Assembly (NCBI GenBank): GCA_963823665.1
Contig: CAWGMQ010000010.1
Location: 1,472,001 to 1,536,000 of the forward strand
DNA: 64,000 bases
Direction of reading: 5' to 3'
DNA from: an uncultured Planctomycetota bacterium
GTDB taxonomy: Bacteria > Planctomycetota > Planctomycetia > Isosphaerales > Isosphaeraceae
Shown here piece after piece: positions 20,215 through 30,400 of the stretch. The position numbers were made by a program, and so were the translations under genes. Each line of letters starts with the position of its first letter. Positions within the stretch are counted from its first letter, which is position 1. Below the pieces are notes generated by a model, which saw only the letters and a program-made list of their open reading frames with translations, searched no databases and was not told where the DNA came from.

Positions 20215-21255
20215 ATGTCCGCGACAGTCCTCGATCGCGATTTGCGGATGTTTGCGGTCGAATTATTTGAACGCAGTGGCGGGGCCGCCGATTGGCCAGT
20301 GCTGGAGTTTCCCGGGACGGTGGTGGTGCCGCGTGATGTGGCGGCGGCCGCCCATCTCCCGGGCGAAGAGTTTTCGCTGGACGTGGCGGCAGGCCCGAAA
20401 ACCCTACAGGTCGGACTCGCGGGCGAGTTTCTCGACGTGGCAGCACGCGTGCTCGATGTGGCTGTGCCACGCGACGGCTCGTTTTGCATCATGGAGCGCT
20501 ATCTCACCAGCCGCGACCTGACGGACAAGATCATCAACACGTTCGCCTGGCAAAACGCCCGCGCCAAGTATCGCACGGCCGAGCCGATGCTGGTCGAATA
20601 TCACCTGTGGACGCTGCTGGGCGCGCTACGCTCGGAGGACGTGTGGGAAGCGATCTTCCGCGTCTCCGTCAACGCGGAAAGCCAGGCCATCGTGGCGTTG
20701 CAAGACGTGTTTCAGGAGCCCGACCTGGTCGCGGAGGAACTGGCGAACGCGCCCGAAGTTCCGGTCACCTATGCGACGGCGGTGGCGGAAGGCAGGCGGC
20801 GACTCATCACGGAGTCAACGGAATTCGTGCGCCGTGTCGAAGCGCGGCAACAGCGGGACCGAAAGCGTCTGCAGGAGTATTATTCGGCGTTGTCGCGCGA
20901 AGCTCACGGCTCGAAGCGCCGTGCGGCGGCGGTTTCATCGCCCGAGGAAATCGCAGCGAAGAAGAAGGCCGTGGATCTGGAACTGCGCCGCAAGCTGGCG
21001 GAATTGAATGAGAATTACGCCCTTCGGGCCGAGCTGCGGCCGTTGGTCGTGGCAAGGGTCCGCCTTCCCGCTCTCGTCGTTCCCGTGGTAATTCAACGCA
21101 AACAAGCGATCCGGGACTACAGTCTCTACTGGAACTCACTGCTCAAGAAATTCGAGCCGCTCTCGTGCAGCCGCTGCCGCCGCTCCACATTTTCGGCAAC
21201 GTTTACCAATGAGACAGTCGACTTGCTGTGCGCGAGCTGTGCGCAACGAAAATGA
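20215..21255 (+). CDS. YqhG-like protein with a coiled coil and C-terminal CxxC...CxxC
   Basis: Starts 2 nt after the helicase stop. Helical RVEARQQRDRKRLQEYY segment; C-terminal CSRC...CASC. Confidence 0.6.
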   Translation: MSATVLDRDLRMFAVELFERSGGAADWPVLEFPGTVVVPRDVAAAAHLPGEEFSLDVAAGPKTLQVGLAGEFLDVAARVLDVAVPRDGSFCIMERYLTSRDLTDKIINTFAWQNARAKYRTAEPMLVEYHLWTLLGALRSEDVWEAIFRVSVNAESQAIVALQDVFQEPDLVAEELANAPEVPVTYATAVAEGRRRLITESTEFVRRVEARQQRDRKRLQEYYSALSREAHGSKRRAAAVSSPEEIAAKKKAVDLELRRKLAELNENYALRAELRPLVVARVRLPALVVPVVIQRKQAIRDYSLYWNSLLKKFEPLSCSRCRRSTFSATFTNETVDLLCASCAQRK

Positions 21256-21290
21256 GCGATGGGGAAGATCACAGCGAAACGCCCAGACGG

Positions 21291-23357
21291 TCACTTCCCT
21301 TTTCGATGTTTATCGAACCAGCTCAGAATGAACAAGATCTTTGCAACATGGTGGCTGGGCCGGGCCTGGATTCCGTGAGGCTCGTCCGGGACACGGACGA
21401 GAACGCTTTCCACGCCCAGGAGTTTGAGCGCCTGGTAGTATTGCTCGGAATCGGACATCGGGGTTCGATAGTCGGCTTCACCGGTCAGCACCATCGTCGG
21501 CGTTTTGACATTCTTGACGACGGAGAGGAGCGATCGCTGTTCGTAATGAGCAACGTTGTCCCAGGGAAGGCCCGGGAACCAGTACTTGTAGATCCAGCCG
21601 CCAATGTCGGAGGTGAGTACGAAGCTGTACCAGTTGATGACCGGGTAAACGGTGACTGCGGCGCGGAAGCGCGTTGTGTGCCCGATGACCCAGCATGTGA
21701 GCACGCCGCCGCCGCTGCCGCCGGTGACATAGAGCTGTTCCGGATCGACGTAGCCGCGGGCGAGGACGGCATCGACGCCGGAGTTCAAATCGGCGAAATC
21801 GTCGCCAGGATAGGCGTGGTGGATCAAGTTCCCGAATTCGCCGCCGTAGCTGGTGCTCCCTCGCGGATTGGTGTAGAGCACGACGTAGCCGCGCGCTGCC
21901 ATGAGTTGTTTCTCCAGGTCGAAGCGATCGCCGTAATTGGCAAATGGGCCGCCGTGAATCTCAAGGATCAAGGGATACTTTTTCTTGGAATCAAATCCCG
22001 GCGGCTTGATGATCCACCCCTGGATCTTGCGGTGATCCTTCGCGGATTCGTACCAGATTTCCTCGACCTGCCCGAGCGTTCGACCCGAGAGAAGTCCTTC
22101 GTTCACGCTGGTCAGGATCTTGGGCCCCGGGGTAGCCTTGGTGCCAGTGGCGATTTCTCCGGGCACATCAGGTCGCGTGTGCGTCACGGCAAAAACGCCG
22201 TTGTTCGCGATGGAAAACGTCGCGGCGCCGCCATAAGCGCTCGTCGTCGACCCGATGTTTTCGGCGAGCTTCAGCGTATGGCCTTCGAGGTCGACGAAAT
22301 AAAGCCCCGTGTTGCCGTGGACGGCGGACGCGAAATAAATGCCGTTACCGTCGGGCGACCAGCGCGGAGCTTGAACGTCGTCATCGAACTCGCCAGTAAG
22401 AAGCCGGCTGTCGCTGCCGTCTCGATTCATGAGGTAAAGCTTACGGACCTGATAGCCCTGGTAGTGGTCATCGAAGCCGACATAGGCGATCTTCTTGCCG
22501 TCCGGCGAGACTTCCGGGCTATTATCGGGACCTTTGCGCGTCGTCAGTGCCTTCACCGAGCCGTCGGCGACCGAGAATTCGTATACCTCGGTATTGAGCG
22601 GATCACTCTCGAAGTCGGAGTGACGGTTGGCCGACATTAATAGATACTTGCCGTCGGGAGTCCAGACGGCTTCACTGGATTGAAATGCCAGGCCGCCGTG
22701 GTGGAATTTGCCGTCCGAGATCTGTCGCGGTGTGCCGCCGTCGGCGGGAACCACAAACAGTTGCGTGTAACCTTCCTTGAGATAGCCGGCGCCGTTGAAG
22801 CGGTAGATCAGACGGTCGATGACCTTGGCCGGCTCGGCCCATTTGGCGCCTTCGGGAGCGGCCGGCATCTCGATGAGTTTTTGGGCTTTGTCGGGCACGA
22901 ACATCGTGAACGAAATCCACCGGTCATCGGGCGACCAGGCGATCCCGGCAGGCTCGGCCGTCAGGTTCGTGAGCTTGGCGGTCTGGCCGGAATCCATCCA
23001 GCGGCGGTAGATCTGCGAACCGCCGTCGCGGTTGGAAGTGTAAATGATCTGGTCGCCATCGTGTGACCAGCGGGGAGAGGCGTCGTTGAAATTGCCCGTT
23101 GTGAGCGCGCGATGATCAGAGCCATCACTGTTAATAATCCACAAATTAGAGTGACGGTGATCAGACATGATATCGCTGAACCGGCGGACGTAGACAATTC
23201 GCTTACCGTCCGGTGATATCTGCGGATCAGTTGCCAACTGGAGATTGAAAACGTCTTGAACAGTCAAGGTTTTTGATGGCCCATCGCCGCGCACATTTGC
23301 GGGAGCGAGCATCGCTGAAAAGCCAATGAACCAAACCGTCACAATCGCCGTGCGCAT
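21291..23357 (-). CDS. S9 family peptidase (prolyl oligopeptidase/acylaminoacyl peptidase-like)
   Basis: Signal peptide, PD40-type WSPDG repeats, IHGGP, NPRGSTSYG, catalytic GGSGGG, DYRTP, EPHG. Confidence 0.95.
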   Translation of the reverse strand: MRTAIVTVWFIGFSAMLAPANVRGDGPSKTLTVQDVFNLQLATDPQISPDGKRIVYVRRFSDIMSDHRHSNLWIINSDGSDHRALTTGNFNDASPRWSHDGDQIIYTSNRDGGSQIYRRWMDSGQTAKLTNLTAEPAGIAWSPDDRWISFTMFVPDKAQKLIEMPAAPEGAKWAEPAKVIDRLIYRFNGAGYLKEGYTQLFVVPADGGTPRQISDGKFHHGGLAFQSSEAVWTPDGKYLLMSANRHSDFESDPLNTEVYEFSVADGSVKALTTRKGPDNSPEVSPDGKKIAYVGFDDHYQGYQVRKLYLMNRDGSDSRLLTGEFDDDVQAPRWSPDGNGIYFASAVHGNTGLYFVDLEGHTLKLAENIGSTTSAYGGAATFSIANNGVFAVTHTRPDVPGEIATGTKATPGPKILTSVNEGLLSGRTLGQVEEIWYESAKDHRKIQGWIIKPPGFDSKKKYPLILEIHGGPFANYGDRFDLEKQLMAARGYVVLYTNPRGSTSYGGEFGNLIHHAYPGDDFADLNSGVDAVLARGYVDPEQLYVTGGSGGGVLTCWVIGHTTRFRAAVTVYPVINWYSFVLTSDIGGWIYKYWFPGLPWDNVAHYEQRSLLSVVKNVKTPTMVLTGEADYRTPMSDSEQYYQALKLLGVESVLVRVPDEPHGIQARPSHHVAKILFILSWFDKHRKGK

Positions 23358-23622
23358 GCTTCAACCTCCCGGGTGAATGAAAACCCGCGTCGCTCTGAAG
23401 CGGCATGCAGGCGATTCTCTCTGGTGCGGTTTCTGAACGGAGCTCGGTCAGTCCTGTTGCCCTGGCCGCCTGCACGGAAAACGTTCTACCCGACTTTTCC
23501 TTGGTGAACAACAACTCGAGCATCGGATTCGATGGTCTTTCTTCGGTAGTTTCGTCTTGACTATTGCAAAGTACTTTGTATTGCAAAGTATCAGGTTCGC
23601 CGTTGGGGGCAATGTGTGTTGA

Positions 23623-23922
23623 TTGGTCTGTTGCGGAGCAGGTATCGTCATGGCGCTCATTGCGAGAATCGCGGGCTGGTCCTTGCTCAGTGGTGGGTTG
23701 GGTGCAGGGCTTGGGCTTGTGTTTTTTGGCCGATATTCGGACTGGCTTTTCTCCGAGTACGTTGTCCCCACTGTTTTGCTCGGGTGTGTCGGCGGGATCA
23801 TCGGAGTGATTGCCGGAGCCGCACGAGAAATTGTGACTGCGTTACGAAAGGGGCCTCCAAGCAAACGACCTGGGGTGTTCGATGGCCAATCCGAAGAGCG
23901 GTACTGTGAAGCGGTTGATTGA
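23623..23922 (+). CDS. Small hypothetical membrane protein
   Basis: Two hydrophobic Gly-rich segments; no recognisable family. Confidence 0.35.
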   Translation: MVCCGAGIVMALIARIAGWSLLSGGLGAGLGLVFFGRYSDWLFSEYVVPTVLLGCVGGIIGVIAGAAREIVTALRKGPPSKRPGVFDGQSEERYCEAVD

Positions 23923-24144
23923 GTGGCTGGTGGATCGGGCGATTCGTGGGTATGCAGCCAACATTCTGGCCGTTACGAAGGCGATCGAATCGGGGTGGAT
24001 TCCCGAAGGGGAGGAGCCCGGCGTTGCGGAGCAACTTCGTGGTGGGAATGGGTGGCGCCGCAACTCACGTATCTCGTACGTTTGATGTTATGTTCGAAAC
24101 TCGTTTTGTTGCTCGCGAACGCACAATCGTTTCCGCGGGTGCAC

Positions 24145-25459
24145 TTAGCTCAACTCTTTCGCATAGTGTTTGGCGTTCTTAGCGACGTCTGCGTTCGCAT
24201 CGTTGAACAGCTTCCGAATTTCAGCGGCGTATGGCTTAGCGGCCTTCTTCCAGCGGCTGAGCGCGAGAATGGCGAGCCGGCGAACTGTCGCGCTGCGATC
24301 CTGCAGAGCGGGCCGCCACGGCGGGCAGGATGCGAGTGGCGAGCTTGGCCCCGAGTCGCCGGTCGCCAAGCACCGTAACCGCATGTTCCCGGATCACGGC
24401 GTGCTTTGATTCGAGACCACGCAGCGCCTCATCGACGTCTCCCTCGTCAATGTGGCAGTTTCCGCTGAAGAAGTCGCGCACTTTACCCTTGCAGGCTGGC
24501 TTTTCCAGCAGTTGCTCGAGCGGCTGGTAGTCGAGGGTGCGGAATTGCAGGCACAAATCGAGCCAGACGGAATAGAGGCCGCAGATTCCCTCAATCGCAA
24601 TGTCTCTTGTCTTGGTCGAGTCGGCCAGCTCGAGCAGGAAGTCGACCTCGTCGAGCAGCGCCAGCGCGATCGTGTCGTGGCACGCGATTTCGTGTCCTTT
24701 CAGAGCGTGTTGCTTCAAGATTCGGATGACATCGGGGTCGGGGATACCGATCCTTGCCAGGAGGTCCGCCGCCGCCCATCCCTGCTTTTTGTCCTCCAGG
24801 GCGTGACGCAACATCGGCAGGGCTTGTGCGCCGAGTTTGAGGATCTCGTTCTCATACTCTCGAATGTGCTGACGGTAAATCTGCAGTTTGCTTTCGAGTG
24901 GGCTGCTTCCTCGTCGTTTCGCCTCTTCAAGATTGGCCTGCAACTGTGGGAATAGCTTCTTGAATTTCGCCGAAGTCATGCAGCGTTTCAAGACATCGAC
25001 TTCGTCCTCTTCGTGGAAGATGAATACGCCAAAGTCCTTTCCGGCGCGGGGATGCTTCCTGAGCTCGTCGGTCAGCTTTTTGGCGACGTTGACGAAGGCG
25101 TCGATGAAGCGCGCGTGCGTCCGTTCCCAGAGAGACTCATCGCCGCTGGTTGCGACCTTTTCGATGGCGCGATGGAGCTTCCTGGTCTGGGCGGTTGCAT
25201 ACTTGATCTGCGTCCACTTCCAGTCGGCCGAGCTCCAGCGGGAGACGTCCTTAGCTGCCAGATATTCCTCCGTGTTGGCCGCCAGGCACGGCATCGCGAT
25301 CACACCGTCCCTTTCCGCGTAGAACTCGTGAAAGGCGACGCCGTAAAACGACGCCGCGTGACGATTCATGAGCTGGGTGATCGCAGCCAGAGCGGCGTCA
25401 AAAACCGCGCGTTCAACGTTCGGCCAGTCAATTAACGGCATGATGCGCCCCTTTGCCAA
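24145..25459 (-). CDS. DUF4303-like N-terminal domain with HEAT repeats; frameshift near 24300
   Basis: FYGVAFH...LAANTEE...RWSSADW resembles DUF4303. HEAT-like LESKHAVIREHAVTVLG and LQDRSATVRRLAILAL, the latter in ORF 24145..24384. Confidence 0.6.
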
Positions 25460-25509
25460 TGGGCTTCGCCGTGCCCGCGACGCGCAAGCACGGCGCTTGC
25501 CTGATTACG

Positions 25510-27343
25510 CTACTTCTTGGGCACGGCGATTTCCATCGCCCGTTTCCTTGCATCGCGGATCTCGCTCAAGGCCTCATCCAAGATGGTCGCCGGGTTAAAG
25601 CTCGGCGGGATCGAGCGGGGCGGGAACTCTTTGAATGTCGCCGCGAACGTGGAAACCTGTTCGATCATTCCGTATACACTTCCGATGTGGTTGAGCTGCC
25701 AGTCCCAGAAGGTATTGGACGTGATGTCCGCCCGTTCGAACGGGTCCTGGAAAAGGTTGTAGATCTTTTGCAGGCGCAGTTTCGTGAACGGCTCGGCCCA
25801 GACGCCCATCGTGCCCTGCATGCGCTGCTCGGCGAAGACGTACTTGTAGTCGCCCTGCCGCAGTGCGACGAGCAGGCCGTCGTCGTCAGAGTAGAAGAAG
25901 GTGTTCCGGGCGCTCTTGACGCCATTGTTTTTCGCCGCGGTGCCGTTGACTGATTCGGAGGAATTCCGACTGATCGTAGCCATCGAGATGCACCTTGTAG
26001 TTGATGCCGTTGGCGGTGTAGCCCTGCGTGAGCTTGGCCGACCGATTTCCGGCTCACCCGCGATGGAGCAGAAGCGTGGGAATCCAGTCGTTGTGGCTCA
26101 TGAGCTCGTTGGTCACGGTGCCCGGCTTGATGACCCCCGGCCAGCGGACCAGGCACGGCACGCGGAAGGCGCCTTCCCAGTTCGTGTTCTTTTCGCTGCG
26201 GAAGTGCGTCATGGCGCCGTCGGGCCAGGTGTTCATGTGCGGGCCGTTGTCGCTCGAGTAGACGACGATGGTGTCGCTTGCTATCCCCATGTCGTCGAGT
26301 GCCTTCAGCAGCGAGCCGATGGTTTCGTCGTGTTCGATCATGCCGTCGATGTACTCGCTGTCGCCGTGTTTGTACCGGCCGCGGTGCTCGGGGCGAACGT
26401 GCGTGCGGAGGTGCATCCGCGTGCCATTGAACCAGCAGAAGAACGGCTTGCCGGCCTCCTTTTGCCGCTTCATGAAGTCGATGGCCGCGGCGGAGGTCTC
26501 GTCGTCGATGGTTTCCATCCGCTTCTTCGTGAGCGCTCCGGTGTCTTCAATGGTTTGTTTGCCAATCTTGCCGAAGCGAGGATCGATGGTGGGGTCGTCG
26601 TTGTCTGCAGCCTTGCATTTGAGCACGCCGCGCGGGCCGAACTTGGCGCGATAGGCCGGGTCTTTCGGGTAGTCGGGCAGCTCGGGCTCTTCCTCGGCGT
26701 TCAAGTGGTAGAGGTTGCCGAAGAACTCATCGAATCCATTCACGGTTGGCAACGCTTCGTTTCGGTCACCGACGTGGTTCTTGCCGAACTGGCCGGTTGC
26801 GTAGCCGAGGCTCTTGAGCAGACCACCGATGGAGGGGTCGAGCTGGCTCATGCCCATCGGTGCTCCGGGGAAGCCGACTTTTGTCAAGCCGGTGCGAAGC
26901 CCATGCTGGCCAGTGAGGAACGCGGCACGGCCGGCGGTGCAGCTTTGCTCACCGTAGTAATGCAGGAAGCGGATGCCTTCGCTCGCAATACGGTCGATGT
27001 TGGGCGTTGTGTAGCCCATCAGGCCGTCGCTGTAGCAGCTCAGATTGGTGATGCCAATGTCATCGCCGAAGATGACGAGAATGTTGGGCTTCTTGCTATC
27101 CTTCCCCGGCTGACCGGCGGCCTGCGGGCGAGGCTCGGTCCCAGCGGCCATTGCCAGCAGCAAGCCCCGGTCTGCCCCTTGTGAATAACACGCCGGTTTG
27201 AGCTCACCTGCCGGGGAGGGCTGGCGTCGCTGCGAGGCTTCGGCCTGCCAGACTCCTGCGAGCTCGGCGGCCGCCGCGGCGCAGCCGAGCAGTCCGCCTA
27301 CAGCCATGATGCCGACGGCTATCAAGTGTGAGCGCTTGAGCAT
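25510..27343 (-). CDS. Arylsulfatase; frameshifts around 25960-26070
   Basis: KPNILVIFGDDIG, CTAGRAAFLTG (formylglycine motif), GKNHVGD, SSDNG, EGAFRVP. The C-terminal part YNLFQDPFER is in ORF 25510..25983. Confidence 0.9.
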
Positions 27344-27426
27344 GATGATGTCTCCTTGACGTGATTCAACGGTCCCGCGTGGGCTTACATGTTATCGGTT
27401 CTGGCGATCTCGAGTAATACACCAGG

Positions 27427-30400
27427 TCATCTGAGTGGCGAATCGGCCAGGCGCTCGGTGATCACGCGGGCCCGCAGGTTGCCGTTCATGCTGGCGAGCA
27501 CGTGATTCAGAACGATATCCTGCCGGGCGACGGAGCGGGCGCGGTCTGTTGTCGCCGTGGCCCGATGCCGCGATGCAGGGGGGGCCACCTTTGGTTTCGG
27601 CCGATGGGCTTTCGCCTTGTGGCCATCGCGGGCCTGCGCACCTACCGATCCAATGACGCCACCAGTCGCCAGCATGCTGTCTGGCGCAGGTTTGACGGTG
27701 ATGGGATTGGACTGGGCCTTGACCAGGTTCTGGGCGGTGAACAGGAGGATGATTGTCTCGGCCGTGTCGTCCTGTAGGTTTGTGAAGGTCGCGATGCCGC
27801 CTGACGCCGTGATTGTGGTCGTTCCCAGAAGCGGCCCGGTGCCGACGCGGAGGGAGACAGTCACCTGGGTCGTGTCGTCGCCGGTAACGACGTTTCCATT
27901 CTGATCTTCGACGTAGATCACCGGCTGGGTGGGGAAGAACTGGCCGGCCGTGGCGGTGGCCGAGGGCTCAGTGTGGATCACGAGCTGTGTCGGGGTCTGC
28001 TGGAGGATCACACCGGTGTGGTTGGCCACCGTCGTGACCATGTAGTTGTTGCCGCCATTGCCGTCGTTGATCGTGTAGGTCGCGACCGAGAGCGTCTTGC
28101 CCGTACCCACGGCCGAGGTGTCGTAGGTCTCGCTCAGGTTTGTCACCGTGTCGGTGCCCTTCAGGCCCGAAACGGTCGGGATGGCTGCTGCGCTCGTGGT
28201 GCCGTCGTAGAACTTGGTGTTGGTCACGGCCGTGATCGTTAGTGGCGCCGTTGTGATCACGCCCGTCGACACCGGGACGAAGGTGTAGGTGTAGTTGTTG
28301 CCGCCGTTGCCGTCGGTCACGGTTCCGCTGGGCGTGAGCGTCAGGCCGGTGCCCGCGTTCTTGGTGGAGTAGGTCTCGACGAAGTTGGCTGTGTCCATGC
28401 CCTGCAAGCTTCCTGAGGTGATTGCCGGCATGGCCGCGGCGCTCGTTGTGGCGTCGTAGGTCTTGGTGTTGGCCACGGCCGTGATGGTGAGGGCGTCGCG
28501 GGTGATCACTCCGGTCTGGTTGGGTACCGTGGTGACCATGTAGTTGTTTCCGCCGTTGCCGTCGTTCACGGTGTAGGTCGCGACCGAGAGAGTCTTGTTT
28601 GTGCCTGCGTTCCGGGTGTCGTAGGTCTCGCTCAGGTTGGTCACCGAGTCGGTCCCCTGGAGGCCGGAATCGGTCGGGATGGCTGTCGCGCTCGTCGTGC
28701 CGTCGTAGACCTTGGTGTTGGTCACCGCCGTGATCGTCAATGGCGCCGGGGTGATCACGCCGGTCGACACCGGGACGAACCTGTATGTGTAATTGTGCCC
28801 ATCGTTGCCGTCGTCGACCGTTCCGCTTGGCGTGAGGGTCAGGCTCGTGCCGACGTTCTGCGTGCCGTACACCTCAGTGAAGCGGGGCGTGTCACCTACG
28901 CCGAGGCTGTCTGAAGTGATCGCGGGAACTGCCGCGGCGCTCGTCGTGGCGTCGTAGGTCTTGGTGTTGGCCAGGGCCGTGATCGTGAGTGGCTCGGCTG
29001 TGATCACGCCGGTCGAAACCGAGACGAAATGGTAGCTGTAGTTGTCGCCGTCGTTGCCGTCATCGACCGTGCCGCCTGGTGTGAGCGTCAGGCCTGTGCC
29101 GACGTTCCGCGTGCTGTAGGTCTCAATGAAATCCGCCGTGTCACCCGGTGCCAAGCTCCCCGCCGTGATCGTGGGCATCGCCGCGGCGCTCGCGGTGCCG
29201 TCGTAGGTCTTGGTGTTCGCTGTGGCGCTGACGCTGATCGGCCGCTGTTTGATGTTGAACGAATCGGAGGGTGGAGCGGCGTTGAGACCGGGTGACGTGG
29301 CCGCCAGGGCGTAGGCCATCCCCGCCTTGCTGATGGTCAGGTCTTCGAACGTCGCAGTTCCGGCGACGGCGCTCTCGAGTAGTGTTCCGCCGAGCGATGC
29401 GCCTGTGGGATTGGTGCCAAGCGAGATGGTGATGGAGGCCGTGCTGTTGACCGGATTGTTGTACTGGTCCGTGACCTCCACGGTTACAGGCGGACTGATG
29501 GTGTCGCCGTAGGTCGTGTCGGTCGGCTGCTGCACGAATTCCAGGTTGTCTGCCGGGCCTGGTGTGTTGGTGAGGCTGAAGTTTGTGGTGACATTCACGC
29601 CGGCCGAGGCGGCGACGGCGTAGCCGCCGGCGATGGTGTTGGCGGCGACGGCGATGCTGGCCTGGCCGGACGGGCCGATGGCGGCGCTGCCGGTGCCACC
29701 GGGAAATGTGGCCGACGCTCCGCTCGAAGGTGAGATGTAGGTGACCACGCCTCCCGCAATCGGTTCGCCGAATGGGCTTCTAACGGTGACGACCAGCGGT
29801 GCGGCGAAGGTCGTGCCTACGGTGGTCTGCTGGTTGTTGCCGCTGCTGGCTGTGATGATGAAGCCGCGCAATTCGAAAGCGCCGATATCAACCGTACCGC
29901 TCACAACACGCTGAGATCCGCGCTGGTCGGTGATGATACCAGTGGGAATGAGGGCGACACTGCCGGCGGCGATGGCTGGGCTGCCGGGCAGGAGGGCCAT
30001 CGTCTCGGTGGGGCCGCCATTATTCTGCAAGGGGCCCAGCAGCGGATTGACGTTGTGCAGGTCGGTGGCCGCGAAGCCGCTCGAGCCTGATGTGTTGCCG
30101 ATGAGGTTAAAGCCCAAGCTGTCGACCGTCCCGTTGACATCCGGCCCTGTCGTCGCGGTGTTTCCGGCGATGATCGTGTTGGCGAGGGTCGTGGTGCCCA
30201 TGGACGTATCGAAGCCGCCGCCGTCGAACGCAGCGCCGTCGTTCGAGAGAGTCGAGTCGGTAACCGTTAACATCCCAAAGTTATCGATGCCGCCGCCCAC
30301 ACCGGCCGAGTTGCCCGAGAAAGTGGAGTTGGTCACTGTCAGAACGCTCTCGCTGGTGTTGAGGACACCGCCGCCGCCCCGCGAGGCAGAGTTGTCGGAG

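Noticed and set aside
21228..22640. Long antisense ORFs (also 52438..54129, 58047..59399, 14559..16067, 25901..27184)
   Set aside because: These are shadows of well-supported genes on the opposite strand, as expected at high GC, and have no recognisable motifs.
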